From: Pseudomonadota bacterium
Lineage (GTDB): Bacteria; Pseudomonadota; Alphaproteobacteria; Rhizobiales; Rhizobiaceae
Direction of reading: 5' to 3'
Length of the DNA: 24,000 nucleotides
Assembly: GCA_023419535.1 (NCBI GenBank)
Contig: JAEZXX010000072.1
Location: forward strand, 55,011-79,010
The notes under the pieces were generated by a model that saw nothing but the letters and a program-made list of their open reading frames with translations, was not told the origin of the DNA and did not search any database. Positions 1 to 8,089 of the stretch are shown here, in pieces. Within the stretch, counting starts at the first letter, position 1. Each line of letters starts with the position of its first letter. The position numbers were made by a program, and so were the translations under genes.

Positions 1-362
1 ACGTAGAGGCGCGGGCGGCGACCCTGCCGTTCGCACTCCTTGGCGATCTCGCGCGCGATCTTCTCGCGGTCGACCGTCTCGATCACGTCGAAGAGCGCCA
101 CCGCCTCGGCGGTCTTGTTCGACTGCAGCGGGCCGATGAGGTGGAGCTCGATCCCGCCGAACGCCCCGCGAAGGCCCGACCACTTGGCCTTCGCCTCCTG
201 AACGCGGTTCTCGCCGAAGATCCTCTGGCCCGCCTCGAGGACGGGCCGGATCTCGTCCGTCTCGAAGGTCTTGGAGACGGCGACGAGGGCGACCGGACGC
301 CCCGATGCGGCGACGGTGATCCGTTCGCGGATGTTCCGGAGGCGTGAGACGGCGTCGTTCAT
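1..362 (-). CDS. yggS: YggS-family pyridoxal-phosphate homeostasis protein (first ~120 codons; 3' end runs off the window)
   Basis: Absent from the ORF track because the window edge truncates it. Reverse-strand translation from ATG (360-362) gives MNDAVSRLRNIRERITVAASGRPVALVAVSKTFETDEIRPVLEAGQRIFGENRVQEAKAKW...IELHLIGPLQSNKTAEAV... This shows the YggS hallmarks: VSKT (PLP lysine), GENRVQE and HLIGxLQSNK. An AAGGAG Shine-Dalgarno sits about 9 nt upstream. Confidence 0.85.
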   Translation of the reverse strand, partial: MNDAVSRLRNIRERITVAASGRPVALVAVSKTFETDEIRPVLEAGQRIFGENRVQEAKAKWSGLRGAFGGIELHLIGPLQSNKTAEAVALFDVIETVDREKIAREIAKECERQGRRPRLY

Positions 363-472
363 CAGGCTTGGCTCCTTTGCCGGCCGACATATGGCTTGCG
401 CGCCGGGCGTCAAAGACCGCCCGCGCGCCGCCCGGATCGACGCCGCTGCGAACGCGCTGCGCGCGAAACGCG

Positions 473-1846
473 TCAGACCGCCGGCCGCATACGCCAGCCC
501 TGTCCCAGCCGCCGGACGCCCATGTCGAGCGCCAGCATGACGAAAAGCGAGGCGCCGACGAGCGGGAAGATCACCCCGCCGAGCGCCAGCAGCGCGAGGA
601 GGCCGCGGAAGACGCGCGGGTCGCGCGGCATGGGCGGAACCCCGAGCGCGCGCGACGGCCGCCGCTTCCACCACATCACCCCGGCCGAGATCGAGAGCGC
701 GACGATGCCGAGACAGGCGGCGGCGAGAAACAGCTGGTTCGCCCGCCCGTATTCCTGGCCGAGATGGACGCTGATGCCCCATTCGAGCGCGCGCCCGCCG
801 AGGCCGTAGTCGCCGTAGTCCATGTCGACCAGCGGCTCGCCCGTATACTGGTCGAGATGGACGACGCGCTGTTGGCCGACGTCGTCGGGATAGACGGAGG
901 CCGAGAAGACGCCGGCCGCGTCCTGCGGCAGGCGGATGGCGTAGCCGGGGTGGAGGCCGAGGCGCTCGACGATCGCCACCGCCTCGTCGAGGCCGATCGG
1001 CGCAGTCCCCGCGCCGGAGACCGGGAGCTGCGCCTGCTCCATCGACCACGATGTCGGCTGGTCGGCGGCCAGGCGCTGGCCGGACATCGGAACGTCGACG
1101 CGAACGCCCGACGGGTAGCCGTGGTTCGAGCCGTTGGCGAGCGCGTTGACCTGCCCGCCCCAGACCTGGCTCCAGGGCATGCCGGTCAGCGCCAGGAACA
1201 CGATCACGCCGCCGAGCACGAGGCCCGAGACGGCATGGAGGTCGCGCCAGAAGACGCGGCTTTTCGGCGTGCCGCGCACCGTGAGGACGCCGCCGTTCTG
1301 GCCGCCCTGCCTGCCGCGGGGCCACCAGAGGAACAGCCCCGTCGCGACGAGGAGGATCGCCCAGCCCGCCGCGATCTCGATCAGGCCGCGCGCGACCGGG
1401 CCGAAATAGCGCAGCGAATGGAGGTCGCGCACGATCCCCATCACCGTCCCCCGGTCGGGGATCGCGCCGAGGACCGCGCCGTCATAGGGGTTCACGGCGA
1501 CGACGAGCCGCCCCTCGTCGAACGCGTCCACCACCACCTCCGCCGCACGGTCCGGCGCGGGCGGATCGACGTAGCGGACCGCCGTGCCTGGATAGGCCCC
1601 GAGCGCCGACCAGACCATGGAGGAGGGCGAGGCCTGCTCGACGTTCGCCTGCACCTCGACGCGCTTCAGGTCCGCATGGACGAGGCCGTCGATCTCGTCG
1701 CGGAAGAGATAGAGCCCGCCGGTGAGGCTGAGGGAGATCAGGAAGGGCAGGACGAAGAGCCCGGCGTAGAAGTGCCAGCGCCAGACGGCGCGGTAGAGAT
1801 CGGCGGAGGACCGCTCGCGGCGGTCGGGGGCGATGGTGGTCGACAT
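473..1846 (-). CDS. PepSY-associated TM-helix domain protein (PiuB-like membrane protein)
   Basis: 457-aa ORF starting at ATG 1844-1846, preceded by GAGAGGGGAAG. The N-terminus YRAVWRWHFYAGLFVLPFLISLSLTGGLYLFRDEI, several further TM segments and a C-terminal WWKRRP are typical of PepSY-TM proteins. It begins 13 nt after the SCO1 stop on the same strand. Confidence 0.85.
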   Translation of the reverse strand: MSTTIAPDRRERSSADLYRAVWRWHFYAGLFVLPFLISLSLTGGLYLFRDEIDGLVHADLKRVEVQANVEQASPSSMVWSALGAYPGTAVRYVDPPAPDRAAEVVVDAFDEGRLVVAVNPYDGAVLGAIPDRGTVMGIVRDLHSLRYFGPVARGLIEIAAGWAILLVATGLFLWWPRGRQGGQNGGVLTVRGTPKSRVFWRDLHAVSGLVLGGVIVFLALTGMPWSQVWGGQVNALANGSNHGYPSGVRVDVPMSGQRLAADQPTSWSMEQAQLPVSGAGTAPIGLDEAVAIVERLGLHPGYAIRLPQDAAGVFSASVYPDDVGQQRVVHLDQYTGEPLVDMDYGDYGLGGRALEWGISVHLGQEYGRANQLFLAAACLGIVALSISAGVMWWKRRPSRALGVPPMPRDPRVFRGLLALLALGGVIFPLVGASLFVMLALDMGVRRLGQGWRMRPAV

Positions 1847-1859
1847 GGCGCTTCCCCTC

Positions 1860-2477
1860 TCACGCCGCGTCGATGAGGCGGCGGAGCTTGGCGAGCGCTG
1901 TGTCCGGATCCTCGTGATAGGTGATCGTTCCGGCGAAATCGTTCGCCGCGTCCATCAGGAAGACCGACGCCGTGTGGTTCATCGTGTAGCCGCCGTCGGT
2001 CGCGACGCGCTCCACGTCCACGCGGTAGGCGTCGGCCATCGCCGCCACCTCAGCCGGCGTGCCGGTGAGGCCGCGCAGACGCGGGTCGAAGGCGGCGAGA
2101 TACTCGTTCAGGATCTCCGGCGTGTCGCGTTCCGGATCGACCGTCACCATGACGAAGTTCATCTCGTCCGCCTGGACCCCGAGCCGATCCATCAGGCTCG
2201 CGACCTCGAAGAGGGTCGTCGGGCAGACGTCCGGGCACCAGGTGAAGCCGAAGAAGAGCGCGGTCGGCCGGCCCGTCAGATCGGCCTCGGTGACGCGCGC
2301 GCCCGTCTGGTCGATCAGGCTGAAGGGCCCGCCGATATCGGCGGCGCCGGTGGAGGAGACGAGGCCTCGCGTCGGCGGCGGCGGCGAGGCCTGCCCGAGG
2401 ACGTTGGCGAGGATCGCGAAGGAGGCGCCGAGCGCGATGCCGGCGGCGGCGAAGAAGGCGAGGCGGGCCGGGCGCAT
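1860..2477 (-). CDS. SCO1/SenC family copper chaperone / thiol-disulfide oxidoreductase
   Basis: Track ORF 1860-2969 is over-extended through an Arg-rich junk N-terminus. I trimmed it to ATG 2475-2477 (MRPARLAFFAAAGIALGASF, membrane anchor), giving 205 aa. It has the CxxxC copper motif FFGFTWCPDVCP and the distal His in YTMNHTASVF. Its start overlaps the upstream stop (TGATG). Confidence 0.9.
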   Translation of the reverse strand: MRPARLAFFAAAGIALGASFAILANVLGQASPPPPTRGLVSSTGAADIGGPFSLIDQTGARVTEADLTGRPTALFFGFTWCPDVCPTTLFEVASLMDRLGVQADEMNFVMVTVDPERDTPEILNEYLAAFDPRLRGLTGTPAEVAAMADAYRVDVERVATDGGYTMNHTASVFLMDAANDFAGTITYHEDPDTALAKLRRLIDAA

Positions 2478-3019
2478 CAGTGGCCTGCGTGCCCGGAGGA
2501 GCCCGCCGCGCCCATGGCGCGCACGTCGAGCTCGACGTCCACCGTCCCGGCCTGGAAGCGAAGCGTCAGCGGGACGCGCCCGCCCTCGGCGAGCGGCGCG
2601 TCCAGCCCGATCAGCATCAGATGATAGCCGCCCGGCTCGAAGGCGGTCTCGCCGCCCGCCGGGACCTCGACGCCGTCCGGCATCGGGCGCATGCGTGCGA
2701 CGTCGTTCTCCATCGTCATCGAATGGATCTCGACGCGGGCCGCGCGCGGCGAGGATCCGCCGAGAAGCCGCTCGGGCGCGGCGCCGGAATTCATGATCCT
2801 CAGATAGCCGGCGGCGACGTTGGCCATGGGGGGCGTCGCGCGGCTCCAGGGCTCGGAGACGGTCAGGTCGCCGAGCGCGACGGCATCCGCCTCGACGGTG
2901 GCGTCGGCCGCGGCTGCGGCCTCGCCGTGATGGGTTCCGTCGTGATGGGCGTCGGCCGCGAGCGGCCACAGGACGAGGGCCGCGGCCAGCGCCGGCGCGG
3001 CAAGAAGGTGGATTGTCAT
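2477..3019 (-). CDS. Periplasmic copper chaperone PCu(A)C (DUF461)
   Basis: Track ORF 2477-3262 trimmed to ATG 3017-3019, giving 180 aa. Signal peptide MTIHLLAAPALAAALVLWPLAADA. His/Met copper motif VEIHSMTMENDVARMRPM, followed by GGYHLMLIGL. Confidence 0.85.
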   Translation of the reverse strand: MTIHLLAAPALAAALVLWPLAADAHHDGTHHGEAAAAADATVEADAVALGDLTVSEPWSRATPPMANVAAGYLRIMNSGAAPERLLGGSSPRAARVEIHSMTMENDVARMRPMPDGVEVPAGGETAFEPGGYHLMLIGLDAPLAEGGRVPLTLRFQAGTVDVELDVRAMGAAGSSGHAGH

Positions 3020-3086
3020 GGAAACTCTCCGGACGGGATGAACGGTCGGACGCCCGCGACGGCCGCGGTGCCGGGATCGGTTCAGG

Positions 3087-3530
3087 TCAGACGGAGAGGG
3101 ACGGGGGCCCGCGCGGGGCGGGCGCGAGGCCGAGGCGGCCGGGGTCGATCGGACCGGCGGTGCCCGCGACGGGCGCGAACGCGGCTTCGGTCTCGACCAT
3201 GAAGGCCGGGCCGAGATCGGCGCCCGGCGCGACGACCGGAACAGCGAGCGCGTCGCCGTCATGGCCGATCACGTAGGGACAGTCGTGGGAGAAGGGAGCG
3301 GCGCCTTCGGGCGCCTCTCCTCCGAGCGGCTGGCCCGGCTCGCACATCACGAAGCTCGGGCCGGCCTCGACGGGCACGGTCATGCCGCAGGAGACAGCGG
3401 CCACGAAGAGGTTGAGGACGAGGAACCAGCCCGCGAGGCCGGCAAGAACCCCGCCCGACAGCCGATCGCTCAACAGGATCCGCAAGCTCTTCATGTCCAT
3501 GCTTGTGGCAAAGAGCGCGGCGTTTGTCAC
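3087..3530 (-). CDS. Hypothetical membrane-anchored Cys/His protein, tentatively DUF2946-like
   Basis: 147-aa ORF with a GTG start at 3528-3530 and GAAGGG 6 nt upstream; alternative ATG starts at 3500 and 3494. One TM helix (GVLAGLAGWFLVLNLFVAAV) is followed by C..MC..SHDCPY. This resembles the TM plus H-x-CP-aromatic pattern of DUF2946 proteins often found beside PCu(A)C and PepSY genes. The family call comes from memory of that pattern only. Confidence 0.5.
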   Translation of the reverse strand: MTNAALFATSMDMKSLRILLSDRLSGGVLAGLAGWFLVLNLFVAAVSCGMTVPVEAGPSFVMCEPGQPLGGEAPEGAAPFSHDCPYVIGHDGDALAVPVVAPGADLGPAFMVETEAAFAPVAGTAGPIDPGRLGLAPAPRGPPSLSV

Positions 3531-3548
3531 GCGGCGCCCTTCATCACG

Positions 3549-4958
3549 TCAGCGCCAGTCGCGGATGTCGACGAAGCGGCCGGCGATGGCGGCGGCAGCG
3601 GCCATGGCCGGCGAGACGAGGTGCGTGCGGCCCTTGTAGCCCTGGCGGCCCTCGAAATTGCGGTTCGAGGTGGAGGCGCAGCGCTCGTTCGGCTTCAGGC
3701 GGTCCTCGTTCATGCCGAGGCACATGGAGCAGCCCGGCTCCCGCCAGTCGAAGCCGGAGGCCTTGAAGATGGCGTCGAGCCCCTCCGCCTCGGCCTGGGC
3801 CTTCACGAGGCCCGAGCCCGGCACGATCATCGCCGAGACCGTCTCGGCGACCTTCCGGCCCTCGACCATCTTCGCGACGATGCGCAGGTCCTCGATGCGC
3901 CCGTTGGTGCAGGAGCCGATGAAGACCTTGTCGAGCGCGATGTCGGTCATCTTCGTGCCGGGGGTCAGGCCCATATAGTCGAGCGCGCGGCGCTTGGAGG
4001 CGCGCTTGACCTCGTCGGCGATCGCCTCCGGGTCCGGCACCACGTCCTCGATCGAGACGACGTCCTCGGGGCTGGAGCCCCAGGAGACGATCGGCGGCAG
4101 GGCGCCGGCGTCGAGGGTGACGATCTTGTCGTAGTGGGCGCCCTCGTCGCTCCGGAGCGTCTTCCAGTATTCCACCGCGCGGGAAAAATCCTCGCCCTTG
4201 GGCGCCCGCGGGCGGCCTTCGATATAGGCGTAGGTCGTCTCGTCCGGCGCGATCAGCCCCGCCCTGGCACCGCCCTCGATCGTCATGTTGCAGACGGTCA
4301 TGCGCCCTTCCATCGACAGGGCGCGGATCGCCTCGCCGGCGAACTCGATGACGTGGCCGGTGCCGCCGGCCGTGCCGATCTTGCCGATGATGGCGAGGAT
4401 GATGTCCTTGGCCGTCACGCCCGCCGGCGCGACGCCGTCGACGCGCACCAGCATGTTCTTCATCTTCTGCTGGATCAGCGTCTGCGTGGCGAGCACGTGC
4501 TCGACCTCCGAGGTGCCGATGCCGTGCGCGAGCGCGCCGAAGGCCCCATGGGTCGAGGTATGGCTGTCGCCGCAGACGATCGTCATGCCGGGCAGCGTGA
4601 AGCCCTGCTCGGGGCCGATGATGTGGACGATGCCCTGCCGCCGGTCGAGCTCGTCGAAATACTCGACGCCGAACTCGGCCGCGTTCCGCGCCAGCGCCTC
4701 GACCTGGATGCGGCTTTCCTCGTTGGCGATGCCCTTGGTGCGGTCGCCGGTGGTGACGTTGTGGTCGACGACGGCCAGCGTCCGGTCCGGCCGGCGCACC
4801 TTGCGGCCGGCGACGCGCAGGCCCTCGAAGGCCTGGGGGCTCGTCACCTCGTGGACGAGGTGGCGGTCGACGTAGAGGAGGCCGGCGCCGCCGTCGACGG
4901 TGCCGAGGAAATGCTCGTCCCAGATCTTGTCGTAGAGGGTGCGGGGTTTCGTGGTCAT
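3549..4958 (-). CDS. leuC: 3-isopropylmalate dehydratase large subunit
   Basis: 469-aa ORF starting at ATG 4956-4958 with a GGAG SD. Aconitase-family LeuC sequence: [20 protein letters not shown], and Fe-S cysteine motifs FIGSCTNGR and GCSMCLGMN. Confidence 0.97.
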   Translation of the reverse strand: MTTKPRTLYDKIWDEHFLGTVDGGAGLLYVDRHLVHEVTSPQAFEGLRVAGRKVRRPDRTLAVVDHNVTTGDRTKGIANEESRIQVEALARNAAEFGVEYFDELDRRQGIVHIIGPEQGFTLPGMTIVCGDSHTSTHGAFGALAHGIGTSEVEHVLATQTLIQQKMKNMLVRVDGVAPAGVTAKDIILAIIGKIGTAGGTGHVIEFAGEAIRALSMEGRMTVCNMTIEGGARAGLIAPDETTYAYIEGRPRAPKGEDFSRAVEYWKTLRSDEGAHYDKIVTLDAGALPPIVSWGSSPEDVVSIEDVVPDPEAIADEVKRASKRRALDYMGLTPGTKMTDIALDKVFIGSCTNGRIEDLRIVAKMVEGRKVAETVSAMIVPGSGLVKAQAEAEGLDAIFKASGFDWREPGCSMCLGMNEDRLKPNERCASTSNRNFEGRQGYKGRTHLVSPAMAAAAAIAGRFVDIRDWR

Positions 4959-5238
4959 CGTTGAAGGTCTCCTGCCCTGCGGACGCCGCCGGCACGGGCG
5001 GTTCGCGGGCGTCTTTCGGCCTGGGCGGATCGGGACGGGGCGCGCGGGGCGCCCTCGCCGGTCAAAGGCCCGGTGCGGTGAGCGCGCGGTAGAAGAAGCG
5101 GCCGGGCAGGCGGCGCCGGTCGTCGAGCGGGGCGAAGCCCAGCGTCGTCGGCAGTCGGCAGCTGCGGGTGGCGGTGACCGTCATGGCGGCGTTTTTACCA
5201 GTTCCGGGCGGCGCCGACAACGCCGGTGCCTCGCCGGC

Positions 5239-6528
5239 TCAGGCGTAGAGGTCGCGCCGCGTCGGCGGCAGGCCGGAAGGGCCCTTGTCCCGCTTGGAGG
5301 CCAGCGTCTGGTTGACCATCACCGAGCCGCGTTCGAAGGCGAGCGCGCAGCCCGCCAGGTAGAGCAGCCAGACCCGCGCCTTCTCCTCGCCGATCTCGGC
5401 CGCGGCCGCGTCCATATGAGCGCGCAGCCGCTCGGCCCAGAGCCGGCAGGTCCGGCCGTAATGCTCGCGCCAGTTCTCCACGTCGTGCACCTCGAAGCGG
5501 TGCGCCTCCAGCTTCTGCAGCGAGTGGCCGACGAAGTCGAGCTCGCCGCCCGGGAAGATGTAGCGGGTGATCGCCCGGTACTCGTGCGAGCGCTTCGCGT
5601 GGAAGTCCTTCAGCGTCCTCTTCGCCGGCCGCGCGATGGCGTGGTGGAGATAGAGGCCGCGCGGGCGAAGCAGTTTCGAGACGGCCGAGAAATAGGCGTC
5701 GTGACGGGCGAAGCCCACATGCTCGAACATGCCGATCGAGGCGATCTTGTCGAACGTGCCCGTCAGCGCCTCGAAGGGCTTGAGCTCGATCGTGATCCGG
5801 CCGGCGAGACCGGCGTCCGCCACAAGCTGCGTGGCGAGGTCGAACTGGGCCTTCGAGAGCGTCACGCCGTGGCCTGTGACGCCGCGCGTCCTCGCGGCGT
5901 GGATCAGAAGGGCCCCCCAGCCGCAGCCGATGTCGAGGAAGCGCTCGCCGGGCGACAGGCGCAGCTTGCGGCAGATCATCTCCAGCTTGTCGCCTTGCGC
6001 GCGGTCGATGTCGTCGTGCCAGCCGTCGAAATAGGCGCAGGAATAGACCATCCGCTCGTCGAGGAAGAGCCGGTAGAAGTCGTTGGAGACGTCGTAGTGG
6101 AACTGGATGGCGTCCTTCGTCGAGCCCGAGCGGCCTTCGTCGGTGCCGATCGCCGCCGCGCCGCGCGTCCGCCCCCGGTGCAGTCGCCAGAGGGCGGGAA
6201 GGGCGCGCGCGATGCGCACCTTGTCGAGACGCTTCAGCCCGGCCTTGCGCCCGCCGTCCGGCCGGGCCGCGGCGATGTCGAAGATCGAACCGCCCTCGAT
6301 GTCCAGCCGCTTGCCCGCCCAGAGCTCGACGAGGGTCGCGATGGAGGGCGAGAAGGCGAGGCGGGAGAGGACGTGCGCATCGGCGACGACGATCGCCGGG
6401 CCGGCGACAGGACCGATGCGCTCGCCCGTCCACAGGCGGATCGCGAAGCCCGGCCGGAAGGCCTCGGCCGCGTGGGCGATGAGGTCGGCGGCCGTGCGCT
6501 CCGGGCCGCCCTCGACGTGTCTCGCCAT
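5239..6528 (-). CDS. cfa: Cyclopropane-fatty-acyl-phospholipid synthase family SAM-dependent methyltransferase
   Basis: Track ORF 5239-7047 runs on through sugE in another frame. I trimmed it to ATG 6526-6528 (MARHVEGG...), which has a GAGGAG SD about 6 nt upstream; 429 aa. CFA-synthase motifs present: IQFHYDVSNDFYRLFLDERMVYSCAYF, SAM-binding LDIGCGWG, IASIGMFEHVG, IFPGGELD. Confidence 0.9.
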   Translation of the reverse strand: MARHVEGGPERTAADLIAHAAEAFRPGFAIRLWTGERIGPVAGPAIVVADAHVLSRLAFSPSIATLVELWAGKRLDIEGGSIFDIAAARPDGGRKAGLKRLDKVRIARALPALWRLHRGRTRGAAAIGTDEGRSGSTKDAIQFHYDVSNDFYRLFLDERMVYSCAYFDGWHDDIDRAQGDKLEMICRKLRLSPGERFLDIGCGWGALLIHAARTRGVTGHGVTLSKAQFDLATQLVADAGLAGRITIELKPFEALTGTFDKIASIGMFEHVGFARHDAYFSAVSKLLRPRGLYLHHAIARPAKRTLKDFHAKRSHEYRAITRYIFPGGELDFVGHSLQKLEAHRFEVHDVENWREHYGRTCRLWAERLRAHMDAAAAEIGEEKARVWLLYLAGCALAFERGSVMVNQTLASKRDKGPSGLPPTRRDLYA

Positions 6529-6656
6529 CGCGGCGTTCTCCTCGCTGCCCCCGACCGCGAGACTTGCGGTTCGGGCGCCGGGAGTCCAGCCGCCATGCCC
6601 GGTCGGGACGAAGCATTCCGTCCCGGGGACCGCGCCCGCGTGGGGCGGACGGCGCC

Positions 6657-6977
6657 TCAGGCGGTGGAGGACAGCTTCATCAGCGCGATGCCCGAGACGA
6701 TGAGCCCGGCCGCCAGAAGCCGCATCGGGTTGGCGCTTTCGCCCAGGAACAGGATGCCGACGAGGAAGGCGCCCGCCGCGCCGATGCCCGTCCAGACCGC
6801 ATAGGCCGTGCCGAGCGGCAGCGTGCGCATGGCGATCGTCAGGAGATAGAAGCTGATGCCCATGGCGACGACCATGATGACGGTCGGCCCGGGCCGGGTG
6901 AAGCCCATCGAATATTTCATCGCCGTCGCCCAGACGATCTCGAAGAGACCCGCGACGAGAAGCATGATCCAGGCCAA
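6657..6977 (-). CDS. sugE: SMR-family guanidinium exporter (SugE/Gdx)
   Basis: 106 aa with a TTG start (6975-6977) and AAGGAGG 6 nt upstream. It aligns from residue 1 with E. coli SugE as I recall it ([17 protein letters not shown]... versus MSWIILVIAGLLEVVWA...). It also shares [14 protein letters not shown] and [10 protein letters not shown] and keeps the conserved membrane Glu (FEIVW). Confidence 0.92.
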   Translation of the reverse strand: MAWIMLLVAGLFEIVWATAMKYSMGFTRPGPTVIMVVAMGISFYLLTIAMRTLPLGTAYAVWTGIGAAGAFLVGILFLGESANPMRLLAAGLIVSGIALMKLSSTA

Positions 6978-6997
6978 GATCGGCCTCCTTTTCAGAA

Positions 6998-7048
6998 AGC
7001 CGGGCCGTCCCGGACATGGATGGGAAGCACCGCGGGTCGTCCCGCACG
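6998..7048 (-). promoter_or_regulatory. Guanidine-II (mini-ykkC) riboswitch in the sugE 5' UTR
   Basis: The minus strand reads GCGGG-ACGA-CCCGC (7032-7045), an 18-nt linker, then CCGGG-ACGG-CCCGG (7000-7013). These are two GC-clamped hairpins with ACGR tetraloops, which is the defining mini-ykkC architecture. The array lies directly upstream of the SD (AAGGAGG, 6984-6990) of an SMR guanidinium exporter, the canonical regulated gene. Confidence 0.8.
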
Positions 7049-7057
7049 CGTCGTCCT

Positions 7058-7086
7058 TATCTGGGTCGGGCGCAAAAACCGGTCAA
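7058..7086 (-). promoter_or_regulatory. Candidate sigma70-type promoter of the riboswitch-sugE transcript
   Basis: On the minus strand: TTGACC (7081-7086), 17 nt spacer, CAGATA (7058-7063). This puts the predicted transcription start a few nt upstream of riboswitch hairpin 1. Sequence match only. Confidence 0.35.
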
Positions 7087-7118
7087 GGCGTATGGCGTGC
7101 TGAAGGTCCCGAAGGGTC

Positions 7119-7604
7119 TCAGCCGCGTTCGGCCTGCCGCGGCACCGGAACGCCGGCGAGCGCGCACCAGTCGCGCCGCCGTCCCCCCTCATAGGGGACC
7201 ACATGCCCTTCCGCGAGGAGCCGCCGGCCGAGGTCGGGCTCGGTCTCGGTCGACAGATCGGCGAGGACGCGGCCGAAATACTTGTCGCCCTCGATGCGCG
7301 TGAGCCGCACCATGCCGTCGCCGATCAGCTCGATCAGGCGGGCGCGCGCCGCCTCCGCCGCGTCGATCTCGCTCTGGCACTGGCCGCGCCGCTCCGGCGC
7401 GTCGATGCCGCGGATGCGCACGGCGACGTGAACCGCCTGCATCGGCCAGACGAAGGCGGCGACCGTCACCGTGTCGCCGTCGCGCACCTCGACGACCTGA
7501 GCCTCCACCGGACCCGCGATGCGCCGCGGCGGAACCTGCGGCTCGGCAAGGGCGGGGAGCGCCAGAGCGAGGCCGAAGAGAAGGGCGGAAGCGGAACGGA
7601 GCAC
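7119..7604 (-). CDS. Secreted thermonuclease (staphylococcal-nuclease-like) family protein
   Basis: SNase motifs VVEVRDGDTVTV, VRIRGIDAPE and YFGRVLADL. The track starts it at ATG 7646, but those first 14 codons are AT-rich and GC3-poor and overlap a promoter-like element. I prefer GTG 7602-7604, which gives MLRSASALLFGLALALPALA-EP, a clean signal peptide. Start choice is uncertain. Confidence 0.8.
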   Translation of the reverse strand: MLRSASALLFGLALALPALAEPQVPPRRIAGPVEAQVVEVRDGDTVTVAAFVWPMQAVHVAVRIRGIDAPERRGQCQSEIDAAEAARARLIELIGDGMVRLTRIEGDKYFGRVLADLSTETEPDLGRRLLAEGHVVPYEGGRRRDWCALAGVPVPRQAERG

Positions 7605-7636
7605 GACCGACTCGGATCGAGATAAGACAGAAGTCC

Positions 7637-7665
7637 TATCTACCATGCGCGCTCGCGTACTGCAA
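7637..7665 (-). promoter_or_regulatory. Candidate sigma70-type promoter for the thermonuclease gene
   Basis: On the minus strand: TTGCAG (7660-7665), 17 nt spacer, TAGATA (7637-7642), in a locally AT-rich patch. The -10 element overlaps a 9-bp-arm palindrome (7620-7641). Confidence 0.35.
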
Positions 7666-7768
7666 ATGTTCCGTTCCGCCCGAATGCAACGTGGCGGTCG
7701 AAGACCGCAACTCGAAGTCCATGCTGTGCGGGACAGTTTCGTGAACGAAATCCTAACGCCGCCTGCGC

Positions 7769-7963
7769 TCAGAAGTCGGAGGCGATGCCCTTCTTCTCCC
7801 AGTCACCGAAGCGCGTGGGCTCGGGACCCGCGGGTCCGTTCAGCTCGGGCGGCAGCGGTGCCTCCTCCTGCGCCCGCCGGCGCGCCTCGGCCTCGGCGAG
7901 GGCGCGCAGCGCGGCGGGGGAGAGGGTCTTGCGCTCGGCAGCGCCGGAAGCGTCGTCGTCCAT
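7769..7963 (-). CDS. DUF1674 domain protein (SDHAF4-like)
   Basis: The C-terminus PTRFGDWEKKGIASDF is the DUF1674 signature. I start it at ATG 7961-7963 (MDDDASG..., 64 aa), which has AAGGAAAGG upstream. The codons above that in the track ORF (up to 8035) lose GC3 bias. An alternative ATG lies at 8005. Confidence 0.75.
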   Translation of the reverse strand: MDDDASGAAERKTLSPAALRALAEAEARRRAQEEAPLPPELNGPAGPEPTRFGDWEKKGIASDF

Positions 7964-8089
7964 CGGGGGAGCCTTTCCTTCGACGGGCGGGCCGGCCTCG
8001 AACATTGAAGCGGAGGGGCACGCGCACCAGATCAACTGCCGTCAGATCGCCCTTCGAAGGGCCGTTCGCAACCCGGAGACCTGCCGACG

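Noticed and set aside
344-1876. 510-aa plus-strand ORF, and 271-540 and 396-809, antisense to the PepSY gene
   Set aside because: Arg/Pro/Asp/Glu-rich low-complexity translation with no recognisable motif. It lies exactly opposite a well-supported minus-strand gene, which is the typical stop-codon-poor antisense artefact of high-GC DNA.
3261-4964. 567-aa plus-strand ORF and the 483-aa minus-strand ORF 3544-4995 overlapping leuC
   Set aside because: One is antisense and the other is an alternative frame of leuC. Both give Arg/Gly/Asp-rich nonsense, whereas the 3549-4958 frame is unmistakably LeuC.
5062-5184. 40-codon minus-strand sORF ([40 protein letters not shown]) followed by a GGGCGC-CCCGC-GCGCCC hairpin upstream of leuC, considered as a leucine leader peptide/attenuator
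   Set aside because: It has no run of Leu codons, no U-tract after the hairpin and no SD. It is not distinguishable from a chance ORF in GC-rich DNA, although conservation in relatives could be checked.
6604-6625. Stem-loop CGGGACG-aagcattc-CGTCCCG between the sugE stop and the cfa start, considered as an intrinsic terminator
   Set aside because: It has a 7-bp GC stem but no following U-tract on the transcribed (minus) strand. It may be structural or coincidental, so it is not reported as a terminator.
4939-6804. 621-aa plus-strand ORF and 473-aa minus-strand ORF 5195-6616 across the cfa gene
   Set aside because: Off-frame or antisense to the cfa-family gene, low-complexity, with no motifs.
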